DNA of 64,000 bases from an uncultured delta proteobacterium (GCA_963727625.1 CAVSHR010000012.1:256001-320000); one strand, 5' to 3'. Counted from the stretch's first letter, positions 1-12,063 are shown. Program-made: numbers and translations. The notes: a model not told the origin generated them from the letters alone.

Positions 1-11
1 CGTCGCACTCC

Positions 12-917
12 TTGCTTGTCCGCTGTTTTGTTCTCTTGGCCTCACTCTCACTCTTGCCGATTGCCTCCGCAAAGAGTGAGAACCGACCGCCGCCTTCGGA
101 ACAGCTCGTCGGCGGCGAGTTTGCCTACGCCGTGCAGAGAGCCGATTCACTCACCAGCATCGGCGCAAGATTCGGCGTCGGCGTCGGGGTTCTCGCGGCG
201 GATAATAACTTTTCTCCGGGCTCACTTTTGAAAATAGGTCAACTGCTGCGCATCGACAATCGCCACATTGTTCCCGAAATCGTTATCGACGGCATCGTCA
301 TCAATATACCGCAGCGCATGCTTTTTTACTTTAGGGGAGGGCGGCTGATCCGTTTTTATCCGGTGGCGTTGGGGCGCCCCGATTGGCCGACTCCGATGGG
401 CCAATTTAGAATTGTCATGAAAGAAGAAAATCCGACTTGGGAGGTGCCCAAATCGATTCAGGAAGAGATGCGAAGAGAAGGTAAAGCCGTAGAAACTTGG
501 GTTCCGCCGGGTCCCGACAATCCCCTGGGGAAATATTGGCTGGGGCTCAGCATCGGCGGATACGGCATTCATGGCACGATTGCGCCGGCAAGCATCTATC
601 ACTTTCAGACCCACGGCTGTATCCGACTTCACCCCGACGACATTGCCCGACTGTTCAGCGATGTCCCCACCGGCACGCCGGGTTTGCTTCTGTATCGCCG
701 CCTGATGATTGCCAGAGTGAACGAGCGAATTTATTTGGAGGTTCATCGCGATGTTTATAACAAAGACTCGGAGACCCGAGACCGGTTCGAAGAACTCTTG
801 AGAACATTCAACCTCGAACCCCTGGTTGATCGTGATCTCGCAAACGATATAATTCGCAAGCAAGATGGCATCGCTCGCGAGATTACCCGACGAATTGGAG
901 TTACGAATTCTCGATGA
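12..917 (+). CDS. L,D-transpeptidase with LysM domain (ErfK/YkuD family)
   Basis: Signal peptide, LysM-like YAVQRADSLTSIGARFGV, YkuD catalytic motif GIHGT...THGCIRL. Confidence 0.92.
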   Translation: MLVRCFVLLASLSLLPIASAKSENRPPPSEQLVGGEFAYAVQRADSLTSIGARFGVGVGVLAADNNFSPGSLLKIGQLLRIDNRHIVPEIVIDGIVINIPQRMLFYFRGGRLIRFYPVALGRPDWPTPMGQFRIVMKEENPTWEVPKSIQEEMRREGKAVETWVPPGPDNPLGKYWLGLSIGGYGIHGTIAPASIYHFQTHGCIRLHPDDIARLFSDVPTGTPGLLLYRRLMIARVNERIYLEVHRDVYNKDSETRDRFEELLRTFNLEPLVDRDLANDIIRKQDGIAREITRRIGVTNSR

Positions 918-1516
918 AGAACCACGCGAAATCTCTACGTCAAAGAAGTGAACCCTCAGGCGAAGACAAACACCGGGTAAGCCGGCGAACTTTAATCAAG
1001 CTCGGCATGTTGGCTGCTGCAGCGGTAATTTTGCCGCGCGCCGCCTTCGGCTCCAGCAACAGCCTGTCCGTCGGGGAAAAATCATTGGCGTTTTACAACA
1101 CCCATACCGGCGAGACGCTCAAAACCGTCTACTGGGCCGAAGGCAATTACTTGGGGCAATCCCTGCGCGAGATCAATTTCATCCTACGCGACCCGCGCAA
1201 TGACAAAATCCATGACATCGACACCGGGCTCTTGGATCTGCTCTTCGCGATTCGCAATGCGATCGACGCGCCGCAGTCCTTTCACGTCATCTCGGGATAC
1301 CGTTCCCCGGCGACCAATGCATACCTGCGCGCCCACACGAGCGGCGTGGCGAAAAACAGCCTCCACCTGGTCGGCCAGGCGATCGACATCAGATGTCCCG
1401 GGCGCGAGCTGCGCGTTCTGCAAAAAGCCGCCGTGGCGTTGAAGGCCGGCGGCGTCGGTTTTTATCCGAAATCGGATTTCGTTCACGTCGATACCGGGCG
1501 GGTGCGCTACTGGTAA
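914..1516 (+). CDS. ycbK: YcbK/DUF882 family Tat-exported M15-type peptidase
   Basis: Twin-Arg SRRTLIK signal; ISGYRS..TN, SLHLVGQAIDI, GGVGFYPKSDFVHVDTGRVRYW. Confidence 0.9.
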   Translation: MKNHAKSLRQRSEPSGEDKHRVSRRTLIKLGMLAAAAVILPRAAFGSSNSLSVGEKSLAFYNTHTGETLKTVYWAEGNYLGQSLREINFILRDPRNDKIHDIDTGLLDLLFAIRNAIDAPQSFHVISGYRSPATNAYLRAHTSGVAKNSLHLVGQAIDIRCPGRELRVLQKAAVALKAGGVGFYPKSDFVHVDTGRVRYW

Positions 1517-1666
1517 ACGCGGCTTGAGGTGTGGCCGAATTCAACGATTCTCTTCCGCTCAAGCAGGTTGAGCAAACGGTAGATTGTCCCGCGATTCTTA
1601 AAGTTTTGCCGATACTGTTATGCTAAACGAACACACATCCGAGGGTTGGGCCGCATCGGAGGCAAA

Positions 1667-2317
1667 ATGACACGGATCAATACCGCCGCCTTGTTTCTGC
1701 TGATTTTTGCATTGCCCGGCTGCGCGCTCATCGCTGCGAAAACACCGACGCCAACCGCCGGCATGCAAGGTCGGATCGACGGCAACGTCTATATCAGTCC
1801 AAACGAAAGCTTTCGTTTGCGCTTGCCGACATTGTCGAAGACAGCACCCAGAATCAGCGACGAAGTGCCGTCTGCGAATACCTTGCTCCTGACGCTGTCC
1901 GACGATCTCTGCCGCGAATTTATTGTTTCCGAACGGCCCGGCATTCTCGGCGATCAAAAAATTGATGCCTGGGTCGAGCAAAATATCGTCCAACCCCTTG
2001 CCTCCTCAGGGTTCAAGCTGCAGAAGCCCAAGACGCTGCAAACCCGGCTGGGCTCGGTCGTCATGCTGCGCTACCAGGCCCCAGACGCCGCGCCCTGTGT
2101 TCAAACCACGGTGAAAGACGGCAAGAAAGTGGAATCGACGCCCAATGCCGACGTCGGCTGGTATGTATTCTATCACTCGGGCAAGTTCTATCGGCTGATT
2201 TACGTGCTCGGCGTCGGTCCGGATGTGAAAAGCTCCTGGCTCATCCGCCGCGCGCCCGTGGACACCGTCCTCGAACAATTCGCCGAGGGGTTCGAGATCC
2301 CCGGCATGAAAAAATAA
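1667..2317 (+). CDS. Hypothetical lipoprotein
   Basis: ATG at 1667; hydrophobic leader ending in lipobox-like LPGC. Confidence 0.65.
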   Translation: MTRINTAALFLLIFALPGCALIAAKTPTPTAGMQGRIDGNVYISPNESFRLRLPTLSKTAPRISDEVPSANTLLLTLSDDLCREFIVSERPGILGDQKIDAWVEQNIVQPLASSGFKLQKPKTLQTRLGSVVMLRYQAPDAAPCVQTTVKDGKKVESTPNADVGWYVFYHSGKFYRLIYVLGVGPDVKSSWLIRRAPVDTVLEQFAEGFEIPGMKK

Positions 2318-2377
2318 AAGACCGTCCGGCGACCGAAGAAACACAACCACCGACCTGCGGAAAATTCAACGTGCGAT

Positions 2378-2710
2378 TTAATCGCGGGCGCTATGAGCGC
2401 GCTCTGCGCTGCGCTTTAGCTGCCGATCGAACTTTTCGTAATCGCCCAAATGCGCCCGCATCAACGATTTCCAGAGCTTTCCGTGGTGCGGTACGGAAAA
2501 ATGCAGAAGCTCGTGGACAATCACATAATCGCCGATTTTGCGGTCCATCGAAAGAAGCTCCGTGCTGAAGTTCAAGTTGCCCGCCGTCGAGCATGACGCC
2601 CATTTGCTCGACATCGGACGGACGGCGAGGGACCTCACTTTGACATCAAACTGCCGAGCCCACTCCAGAACGCGCGCCTTAAACTCTTCTTTGCTGTTCC
2701 ATCGCCTCAT
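2378..2710 (-). CDS. M48/YgjP-like (DUF45) metallopeptidase associated with type I RM
   Basis: KWASCS, DYVIVHELLH...HGKLW zincin motif; directly downstream of hsdR. Confidence 0.85.
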   Translation of the reverse strand: MRRWNSKEEFKARVLEWARQFDVKVRSLAVRPMSSKWASCSTAGNLNFSTELLSMDRKIGDYVIVHELLHFSVPHHGKLWKSLMRAHLGDYEKFDRQLKRSAERAHSARD

Positions 2711-5655
2711 TTATGATGTTCCCGCCTGCTGAAGCACGCCGAAGATGGCATCGACGATCGCCGTGACCTTATCAAGATCGTCCTCTTCGGCGAAGATCGC
2801 GAAGGTGACTTTCTTTCTGAGTTCGCGCAGCTCCTTTTCACTCTGCCGCCAGTTGGCGAACTCGGCGAAGGCCGCGCGCACCTTCTTGCTGGCCATTTCG
2901 GCGTTGGCGATGCCCTCGTCGGTCAACTTGCACAAAACGAAGTAAGTCAGACCGTCGAGTCCCTTCGCCGTCTGGATTTTCTTTCGTTCGTCGTCACCTT
3001 CGATTTGCTTGATCAACTCGGCCAGGGCCTGTGCGGTGCTCTGCTGGCGATCCTCAAAACTCTCCTGGACGGCGCGCGCCCGCACCGCCATCGCTACGAG
3101 AAAAGGATCGTCGCTATTCTCCAAAGCCGTTCGCTCAATAGATTTGATCAGATTGATGACCTTGACCGCCTTCCCCTCCTCGGCTTTTTTGATGGCATCG
3201 ATGGCGGCACGATCGAGTTTCACGAATTTATCGCTCTGCTCCATGACCGCGGTGTCGATGTGTTTTTGCACCAGTTCGTTGGTTTTGCGCTGAAATGCCT
3301 TATCGACGTAAACAGTCGTGGCGTAGGCTTTTCGCACCACGGCGTAGATCGACGACAAGGTCGCATAGTCGTCCAGGAACGGCCGGAGAAAAGCGTCGGG
3401 CGAAATGATCTCGTAAAGCATTTCGATCTCTTTATATTCTTTGAAAAACTCCTTGCGCCGATCTTTGTCGCGAAAATGCTCGATCAGATTGTCCACATCC
3501 TTGTCGTTGAAGTTCTGCGTCACAAGCGCCAGGTACTCCGGCGCCTTGCTTTCCATCTTGGCCTTGAAGAGCTGCTTGAGCAGGCCGATATCTTTGACAA
3601 TCGCGTTCACTTCGTCACTGTCGAACGCCAGCGCCTTTTCCAGCTTGTCGAAGATACCGACGAAGTCGAGCACGAAGCCGTGCGGCTTGACCATCTCCTC
3701 TCGTTCGTTCTCATAGGGACGGTTCACCCGTGCGATCGCCTGCAAGAGCGTGTGGTCGCGCATGGGCTTGTCTAGATACATGGCGTAGAGGATTGGCGCG
3801 TCGAAACCAGTCAAAAGCTTCTCGGTCACGATCAAAATCTTTGGGTCTTCGCCGAATTTCGTGAAGTTCTTCCGAATTTGCTTCTCTTGCTTGTCGTCGA
3901 GGTGCCACTTTTTCATATGCGGTGGATCGTTGTTGTTGCCGGTATAAACAACAGCGGAGATACTCCGGCTTCAAGAAAGGAATCGAAGGCTTCTTTGTAG
4001 AGCGCGCACGCCTCGCGATCCACCGCCACCAGGAAGGCCTTGTAGCCTAGCGGCTCGACGTTATCGACGTAGTGAGCGGCGACATGACGGCCGACCTTGA
4101 TTATTCGCTCCCGCCCTTTGAGAAAATTCTTGAGGTTCACCGCCCGCTCGAGGATCTTATTCAGCTCTTCTATATCCGCGATCCCCTCGGTTTCGGCGAG
4201 CGCCAGGAATTCCTTTTCCATCACTTCGTGCGGCACGAGCATCTCGTTGGGCGCCAGATCGTAATAGAGCGGCAGCGTGGTGCCGTCGTCGATGCTCTCG
4301 CTGATCGAATACTTGTGCAGATAGCCCTTGTCGTCTTCGCAGCCAAAGGTCTTGAACGTTCCCTTGCCGTAAGCGGTCTTGTCCACCGGCGTCCCGGTGA
4401 AGCCAATGAACGTCGCGTTCGGCAGGCCCGCCATCAGGTAATTGCCGAGATCGCCGCCGGTGGTCCGGTGCGCTTCGTCGATCAGCACATAGATATTCGA
4501 CCTAGCGTTGATGTTTGCCGGCATGTCGCGGAATTTTTGCATTGTCGTGACAATGATCCCCCGATAGTCAGACTTGAGCAGCCGGTTTAGCTCCGCGATG
4601 CGATGGGCGTGGGCCACGTTGCCCAGCCCCACGGCCGCGAGATTCTTGAGCATCTGATCTTCCAGCTCATTGCGATCGATCATCAGCAAAATCGTAGGTT
4701 TGTCGGCCTGCGGCGCTTTGAAGAGCATCTCCGCGGCTTTGATCATCGTATACGTCTTGCCGCTGCCTTGCGTGTGCCAGATGAGGCCGCGAGAGAGCTT
4801 TGAGTCCAGCGCCCGCGCTACTACCCGGTCCACGCCCGCCGTCTGATGCTGGCGCAGCACGACCTTCTGCAGCTCTTCGTCCTTTTCGGCAAAAAGAATG
4901 AAGTCTTTCAGCAAGCGCAGCAGATGCGGCACGGCGCAAAACGTCTTGACCTTGGCTTCGAGATTGCCGATCTCTTCATGCTTCCAGCGAAAGATGTTGC
5001 GCCGGACCGTATTCCAGGTCGCGCCGTAGTCGAAACCGAGCGCCTCGGTCGCGGTGAAGAGCATCTGCGGCACCATGACCTCCGGCGTCTCGATGTGATA
5101 GCGGCGGATCTGATCGACGCCGAGCGCGATTCCTTCGTCCTTGGTCGCGTTCTTACACTCGATCACCAGCACCGGGATGCCGTTGATGAGAAAGACCAAG
5201 TCCTCGCGCGTGCCGTAGCGGCCGCTGTGGAAATAAAACTCCTCGGTGATTTCGTAGATATTGCGCCAATCGTTCCGGGACCGAGTCAGATCGCCACAAT
5301 CGATCAGCGTGATGTCCAGCTCGCGGTTGTCTTCCGCCGAGAAATACTTGTGCTGGTTGCGCAGCGCGGTCAGAAAATCGCGGTTGCCGTAGATATCCGA
5401 ATGAAATCGCTGGAATTCGCCGACCAGCGCACCCTCGGCTTCTTTGTACTTTGGATTGAAGGCACGAACCTGTGCATGCAACAGATCGCCGAAGAACAAA
5501 GAACTCTTGCGTGCCCGTTCCTCCGGCGTAGCACCCGCAGGATCAAACCCGCGCCGCCGCTCAGCCTCATCGCGCGGCACAAAGGTCCAGCCGATCTCTT
5601 GAGCGTAGGCTAAAATACGCGCCTGGACGGTCTTGTGCTCGGTCGGTCCCGGCAT
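2711..5655 (-). CDS. hsdR: Type I restriction endonuclease subunit R, frameshifted near 3915-3960
   Basis: IECKN nuclease motif, HTQGSGKT Walker A, DEAH, FTGTP, LLTGFDAP, LLQAIARVNRP across ORFs 3913-5655 and 2711-3916. Confidence 0.93.
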
Positions 5656-5659
5656 GTGT

Positions 5660-6178
5660 TTAGTGGAACTCTTCCACTTCTTGAATAATTTCTTCCAACA
5701 GGCTGAGGCGAATGTGTAACGTTGAGGCGGTAGGAAGAGACCTCAATAAGCCAACGACTTCATCTTTTGATTTGTGTTTGCGGCGGATAGCCCGAAGAAG
5801 CACTCCAATCGTCCCATGTGTTGCCAGACCAAGGTTGCGCGCGGCCAAACGGGCCGCGGTATCGTCGGTCAGAACCAGACATCCAGGATGCGTTTGCGCT
5901 ACCTGCAAAGCCTCCTGTTCTCCGCGATGTAATCCCAGAAGCCGGCTTAACACATCAAGTTCGGTCGACAAGACTTCAGTCACCGTCATTTTGTGAAAAC
6001 GCACTGCGCTGTAGATGAGCGCAGCCGGTCGATGTTTCGCCACCTCGTCCCACACGGCTAATGGCACTAGCACTTGGGGAAAGTCTGCTAGCAACTCCAC
6101 GCACTCCACTTCATCCAAATGGATGAGGGGACCGGCATCACACACAACAATCGGTGACGTTGGGTCATTCCCGGCCAC
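5660..6178 (-). CDS. PIN-domain protein (DUF3368-like), putative toxin
   Basis: VVCDAGPLIHL, LHRGEQEAL, LTDD..AR..A, GTIGVLL; start probably GTG near 6178. Confidence 0.85.
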   Translation of the reverse strand: MAGNDPTSPIVVCDAGPLIHLDEVECVELLADFPQVLVPLAVWDEVAKHRPAALIYSAVRFHKMTVTEVLSTELDVLSRLLGLHRGEQEALQVAQTHPGCLVLTDDTAARLAARNLGLATHGTIGVLLRAIRRKHKSKDEVVGLLRSLPTASTLHIRLSLLEEIIQEVEEFH

Positions 6179-6383
6179 GCAACCCCCAGGCCACGTCCTC
6201 CCGGATAAACGATTCGGCAAGCCGCGTAGAATGCGATTCCAGGTAGCGGCGCAGCGCCTCTGCCAACAATTCGTTGAAGTCGCTTACGGAGCCCTGCTCG
6301 ACAAACGCACGCGCTTCCTTGACTAGTTCCTCCGGCAGCTCAGCCTGAATTGCAGTTTTCATAGATTTGCCTTTCCTAAACAC
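6165..6383 (-). CDS. CopG/ribbon-helix-helix putative antitoxin
   Basis: MKTAIQAELPEELV...ELLAEALRRYL pattern; overlaps start of PIN gene. Confidence 0.75.
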   Translation of the reverse strand: MFRKGKSMKTAIQAELPEELVKEARAFVEQGSVSDFNELLAEALRRYLESHSTRLAESFIREDVAWGLRGRE

Positions 6384-6391
6384 ATCCAGGT

Positions 6392-6769
6392 TTAGCGCGC
6401 CAAAAGTTCGGCGTCGCGCTGTTCAATACGCGAGATTAGCTCGCGCAACACCTGAGGCATTCTAGCCTGGAAGACTTCCGTGCCGCAAATTCGCTCAGGC
6501 CCGAAAAGCGCCGCATAATGCAATATCCCGTCGGCATGGACACTCACGGACAAAGTCTGCCGAGTCGATCGATACCATTCGAAAGTCAGCACCCCATCGG
6601 GCTCGGCACCGACCTCGGGGGCAGGCAGAGCGGAGTCGAGCGCATCGGCAAAGGCGCGCGCGCCCGTCACTGCCGCAACCGTTACGGCCTTCGCTCCGTA
6701 GCCGTCCCACCCCGCCACATTGCATTCCAAGGCGACCTCATCGATTTGTCGTCTAAGTTCCGCGTTCAT
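6392..6769 (-). CDS. Hypothetical protein (WDGYGA...DG..FEW pattern)
   Basis: Co-oriented 125-aa ORF in the operon; no function recognised. Confidence 0.65.
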   Translation of the reverse strand: MNAELRRQIDEVALECNVAGWDGYGAKAVTVAAVTGARAFADALDSALPAPEVGAEPDGVLTFEWYRSTRQTLSVSVHADGILHYAALFGPERICGTEVFQARMPQVLRELISRIEQRDAELLAR

Positions 6770-6864
6770 TGGATTATCTGTCTACGGCAGACTCGGCCAT
6801 TTTCATTGTGCTTTGATCAGAGCCCAACTCAGACCAGTTTTGTATTCGCCGGGCGAGGGCATGC

Positions 6865-8001
6865 TCAGGGTTTATCCTCAATGGCTTCTTTCACCACAGC
6901 CAGCAATTGCCGCTCGCTTGGCAGCTTGCCTTTGAGTGCCTTCGGCAGCTTCTCGGTCAGGTGATATTCCGCTACGCCGATGGGGTTGGTCTTCGACTTG
7001 AGGGAGAACTCTACCACGACGTCGTCTTTCTCTGCGCAGAGGATAATACCGATGGATGGATTGTCCCCAGGACCGCGCTCCTTTTGGTTGAGCAGATTGA
7101 GATAGAAGTCCATCTTGCCCGCATATTCCGGCTCGAATGCTCCGACCTTCAATTCCACAGCCACCAGCGCCTTGAGAAAGCGGTGGTAGAACAGCAAATC
7201 GATGAAATACTCCTTCTTGCTCAGCGCCAGCCGATGCTGGCGCCCGATGAAACAGAACCCGTAGCCCAGTTCGAGAATAAAATCCCGCAGCCGCTCGATC
7301 AGCCGGTCCTCCAGCTCCCGCTCCTTCACTTCACGCCGGATACCCAGGAACTCCAGGTTGTAGGAGCTCTTGAGTGCCTCCTCCGCCTGCTCGGCCAGAT
7401 AGTCCGGCAGGACAGCCGGGAAGTTATGCGTCTTGCCCTCCGCCAGCGACCGTTCATAGGCCTTGGCCTTGATCTGGTTGAGCAGCACGTTGCGGCTCCA
7501 GCCGAGTTTCGCTGCGGCCCGGAGGTAGTAAAGACGAGCCCGAGGTTCTGCAATCCTCTTGAGAATAAGCAAATTATGTCCCCACGGAACGGCAGCGACC
7601 AGGTGCGCAGCCCGTTGCTCCGCGACTTGTAAATCTGGAACAGGCTGTCCCAGATTTTCGGCGCTTCCCAGCTCCGATTCTGTTTCTGGGACAAGCTGTC
7701 CCAGAAATTCAGCTTCAGTGTAAGCGGCATAGAGTTGCCGCATTCGCCAGAGATTGTCGGGAGAGAAGCTGTTAGTCGAAGGAAACTCTTTGGTAAGATC
7801 CTTGGCGAGTGTTTCCACGACGGCTTTCCCCCAACCAAGATGGGCCTGCCTCTCCAGAATTCCTCGCCCGATGTCCCAATACAGAAGGATCAAATCCCGG
7901 TTCACCGCCCGCGCCGCGGAAATACGCGCGGATTGAATACGGCTCTTCAGCTCGGTGACAAACTCGGCATATTCATGGGTCGATGGGAGCTTGGTCTTCA
8001 T
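6865..8001 (-). CDS. YhcG/DUF1016 PD-(D/E)xK nuclease-domain protein
   Basis: AVNRDLILLYWDIG, FILELGYGFCFIGRQ, IDLLFYHRFL..LVAVELK, GKMDFYL. Confidence 0.93.
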   Translation of the reverse strand: MKTKLPSTHEYAEFVTELKSRIQSARISAARAVNRDLILLYWDIGRGILERQAHLGWGKAVVETLAKDLTKEFPSTNSFSPDNLWRMRQLYAAYTEAEFLGQLVPETESELGSAENLGQPVPDLQVAEQRAAHLVAAVPWGHNLLILKRIAEPRARLYYLRAAAKLGWSRNVLLNQIKAKAYERSLAEGKTHNFPAVLPDYLAEQAEEALKSSYNLEFLGIRREVKERELEDRLIERLRDFILELGYGFCFIGRQHRLALSKKEYFIDLLFYHRFLKALVAVELKVGAFEPEYAGKMDFYLNLLNQKERGPGDNPSIGIILCAEKDDVVVEFSLKSKTNPIGVAEYHLTEKLPKALKGKLPSERQLLAVVKEAIEDKP

Positions 8002-8099
8002 CGTTGCTCAGAAACTCCAACAGCCGTTGGAGAATTTGACGACAGGCTGCTGCCAACTTCTCTCAGAGGCTGTGAGAGAAGTTCTTGCACACCCTGCGC

Positions 8100-8204
8100 G
8101 AGAACTTCGTCCCAGTCAAAATCATGGACCCGAATCTGCGTCCACATCAACTGCTGCAACGAATTGCGCGACTGGACGGTCTTGTATTCGGTGGGATTAG
8201 CCAT
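8100..8204 (-). pseudogene. Chimeric scar: hsdR 5' end fused to hsdS 3' end
   Basis: MANPTEYKTVQSR resembles HsdR start MPGPTEHKTVQAR; LQQLMWTQIRVHDFD resembles HsdS end LLHQLMTAQIRIRDID. Confidence 0.75.
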
Positions 8205-8373
8205 CAGTTGAGCCGAACCCATATGTCCACGTCTTGGACACATTTCTGGGATACGTCCAAAAAACTGGACTTTTTGAACATATCCCGTTCCCGCCGCATC
8301 AGGGCGTTGATAGCCGGTTCAGAGATTCGACTGTCGTTCATCCTTATTTCGCCGGTGCAAACAGGATCTTATC

Positions 8374-9777
8374 TCAGCGCCATGTTTGGTGCCAAGCCTG
8401 ATACTCCGAGGGGCGCAGGCGATAACGGGCAATATTCCCCTCGTGAAGACTCGTCAGCTCAGCTTCGACCACCTCAATGAAACGTGCTCGATCTTCCTCC
8501 GACACCCGGTCGGCAGCGCGGCGCTTGATGAATGCGGCTGCGTCCTTCTTATTCATCCCGCCGCGAACAACCGCGGCGACTATTTCAATCATCACAGAGC
8601 GGTAACGCAAACGAAACGGGTCAGGTTCGCCGAGTGATTGGCGCACCGCTGCGTAGCGGGCACTTGAACGCTCGTAAGCCCAGACAAAAACGTCGCGCAG
8701 CAATTCAACGCGATTTAACTCGTACACTGCGAGGAGGCCATCGATGTAAGCCCGCTGCGGCACATCGATGAACGACAAAGGTGAAAGATTTTGCCGGATA
8801 AGCGGGATATTGGCGGCCAGTCGTGAAACCCGTTTATTCACGTCCTCGAACGGTTGCAGATACGGCAAGTGAACCATCACAAAGAACCCTTGCTCAAATG
8901 GATCGGTAATGGCGGCGGCCGTATCCAGAATTTGCTGGAAGCATTCTTCGACTGACTGCGGCACTTCCAAGGGGTGATAGCTCGATCCGTCGATTCCAAC
9001 GGCAATCGCGCGCAGTCGTCCGGTGGCCCGCGAATCGGCAAGCAAGTTATCCGACAGGAGCGCATGCAGGTTGAGAATGGTGTAGCGGTTGAAGCCGATC
9101 TCGGCGGCCTGCTCGACCAATAGCTCTATGGCGGCTTTGTGATTCAGAATCATTTGCGCTTCGCGCGCATCTTTACCGTCGGCGCTCTCTCCCAGTTCAA
9201 GCAAACGCTCGGTTTCAAGCAGCGAGTACGTGTTGCCTTCCAGGCGGCTCGAGTTCCATGACAGGTCGATGAGCAGACGATTAAGATCTGCCGCGCGTAC
9301 GTTCCCGCCGGACGCTCACCGCCCGAAGATCGTCCGAAGCCTAAGAGATGTCGCCGGGTTTCGGCGGACAGGTAGAAAGTTTCGTTGGGCCGATAAGCGT
9401 CGAGAAATTCACGGCGATATCCGACCAGGCTGACGGTTTTGAATCGGCTGGCGAACGATTTTTTCAATAGCTTCGCCCGTCGGTGGAAAGTGGGATTCGA
9501 AGCTCACTACGACCCTCTGCTTTAATTTCAATCGTCGCCTCACCTCGTCCTTCCGCAATTCTGGGGAGGCGATAGCGGCTTGCGCGACCGCGTCCTTCAA
9601 TTATTAGCTTGCTTTTGTTTGACAAGTCTGCGCCAAACGTCGCTGCAGCGTGCGGTGCGGCAGTCCTTGAGTGCAAGGGCGAGAACGAATTTCTTCGACC
9701 GAAGCGCCTTGCGGAAAAGCTGGCCACCGCGGCGAGAATGGCCTGTCGAGATCCTTCTTGGGCGACTGTTTCGGCAT
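8374..9777 (-). CDS. HTH-Fic family protein, N-terminal part frameshifted several times
   Basis: Fic-like motif LPYLQPFEDVNKRVSR; upstream pieces (9150-9467, 9464-9727, start MPKQ at 9777) read as its N-terminus. Confidence 0.82.
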
Positions 9778-9791
9778 CAGGGCCTTCGTTA

Positions 9792-9880
9792 GTGGCGCGA
9801 TTTTAAAATCGCGCCACAATCGCGCCACATAGATCGTTTTATGGCGCGATAGTATTATCGCGCCACTTAAAGTGGCGCGC
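9792..9880. promoter_or_regulatory. Six direct/inverted copies of RTGGCGCGAT upstream of fic; putative operator
   Basis: Perfect palindrome GTGGCGCGATTTTAAAATCGCGCCAC at 9792-9817 plus copies at 9819, 9841, 9857, 9872. Confidence 0.55.
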
Positions 9881-10034
9881 AAGACCTTATAGTGTTGGCA
9901 GATCTGCTAATTAATCTGGATAGACGGGCTTGGATGAAGTCCAACGATATCTCAACAAAGCGGTTTTTTTCGACATATTCTCGACGCAAGCATGTCGTTA
10001 GGCAAACGCCCGTTACAATTCGTCTGCATGGCAA

Positions 10035-10240
10035 GTTCTCGATCTCCGACGACAACTTCGCTTCCTGCAAAACCATCGCGTTGATCAAAACGCCCTGATT
10101 CGGAATCAAATCCCCCGCGCCCTTCAGCTCCGCCAGCGCCTTGTTCGCAGCGATCGCTTTCCTCAGCACCGCTTTCGTTTCAAGCTCCGCCTTCGGCGGC
10201 AGCAGCGGAAGATCGTTGTATGGCTTATCCGGATAAAAGG
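10035..10240 (-). pseudogene. Truncated Fic/DOC N-terminal domain fragment
   Basis: PDKPYNDLPLLPP...ANKALAELKG...LQEAKLSSEIEN, after which similarity stops. Confidence 0.75.
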
Positions 10241-10306
10241 CATCAGGACATTTCTTAAAAGTACGTGCGAACTCAATTTTCGTTTTATGTGAAGCTAAGT
10301 CTGTCA

Positions 10307-12063
10307 TCACATCATGCTGAATCCCCAATCCTTCCACTTCTGCACGTGTTTGTCGAAATGAGCGGCGGGAAGTCCTACGACGAGGAGATGTCGAGCACGA
10401 GTCATCGCGACGTACGCCACTCGTCGTTCCTCAGAACTTACTCCCTTGGAGACCGAATCGACAACCGCATTGAAGAACTTAGCGGAGCCAAGAACCAGTA
10501 CGGCGTCGATACTCTCGCCTTTGACTTGATGGATCGTCTCTTGCCGTATCGGCGGAAAGAGTGTCTGACCGACGAAGAGGGGAAGCTCCATTTGACTGAC
10601 GTCGAGCCCCGTCTTTTTCTGATCTTTTGACCAAGATTAGGGACCTCCTTGATGCCAAGCTCGGTTATCAGCTTTCCAACGCCGTGGCGAAGTCGCGAAA
10701 TCCATTCGCTCCCATTCAGGCTCACTGATGGAAGACCGTACGGGGACTTTACGAAACGCCAAATGGCTAGCTTCACTCGCGCAGCCTCGTCGGATTCGGG
10801 CTGCTCATCGACTTTCTCCCAGAGGTCAGAATCTTCAACTATCGAGCGCACCGAGCTCTCGACGATCTGGAAGGCTCGCTTGTATTCCTTTCGGCAATCG
10901 CGAAAGAACGATGCTTGGGCGAGGTCTTTGGTTTGGCCTTGTAGGTCGGTGTAGTTCACCTCGCCACGGATGGATTCGAGCTGTTGGTGTGCTCTACATA
11001 AAATTGCACTTGTCGCTTCATCGATTCCGGCTCGTTCGAGTGCCCGTTGAAACTCTGCAATGCTATGTGCAAATCCTTTTGTAGGCTCCCTGATGACGAT
11101 GGGCCGTCGGTGCTCATTCTTGCCATCCCCGCATCCGGCGAAGGAACTATTCCCGCCGATGTTGCGAACTGCTGACGGCAATACATTGTTGCACCTAAAG
11201 GACTGGGGCGAAGTGGCTTCTCAGGGATAGTCCATTTGTTTCTGAGCGCTGGGAGCGAGGTAGCATCAGCCATGCTGAACTCGTAGATGCACTGATCTGG
11301 GTCGCCGATAAGCGCAATATTGGTTCCCTTTCGCGGAGAAAGTTAAGCAGGATCAGCAGCCACACGTTCGTATCCTGGGCTTCATCAACGATGATTTCAG
11401 GGAACCGCCTGGCGATCAGTTCCGCGATGTGGGGGTCAAACAGGACGCGGCATGCCCAGAAGACGCGCTGTGCGTGCGTATAGAACCCAAACTCAGAAGT
11501 TCTTTCATTGGGTTGTAGCCTGCGAACTGGAGCTTGTTCCCTCCGAACGTTTTCGAGGCCCTGAAAGCGACTTTGCCATTGTCTGGATATGGAATGATCT
11601 CCCATGCTGGAACTTGACGTTTTTTCCCTCCTTTCAACTCTGTCCACATTATAAGCTTCTTGTTGTTCCAGTCTCCGGGGCTGGGAGCAATGAAGAGCTT
11701 TGGGCGTTTTGACGAGCCAATAATCAGATGTCCAAATGGCGAGAGAATGAAGCGCTCAACGAAGGCATCGAACGTGCCGACGAAATTTGGGGTCGGATAA
11801 AAGGTCGCGTCTTCCAACCTCTATTGTTGCTTCGTGGAACTCCCGAATGGCTGCATTAGTGAAAGAGAGGAGTCCGAGACCACCTGCAGCATGTGACCAG
11901 TTCGCACCGCGCCAGATAAAACGCCGCAAGATGTCCACGTTTTTCCGCTTCCCGGCGAGGCCCGGAGGAGAAACTCCAGCTCCTCAGCAAATATCGCGTC
12001 CTTCTGTTGGTCGGTCGGTTTCTGAGACAGGATTTGATCCCGCAGCGTTTCCAGCTTGTTCAT
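10307..12063 (-). CDS. gajB: UvrD/REP-type helicase, GajB-like, multiple frameshifts
   Basis: ASPGSGKT Walker A, LSFTNAA, IVDEAQD, GDPDQ.IY, TIHQVKGES.D.V, EERRVAYVAMTRAR spread over several frames. Confidence 0.8.
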
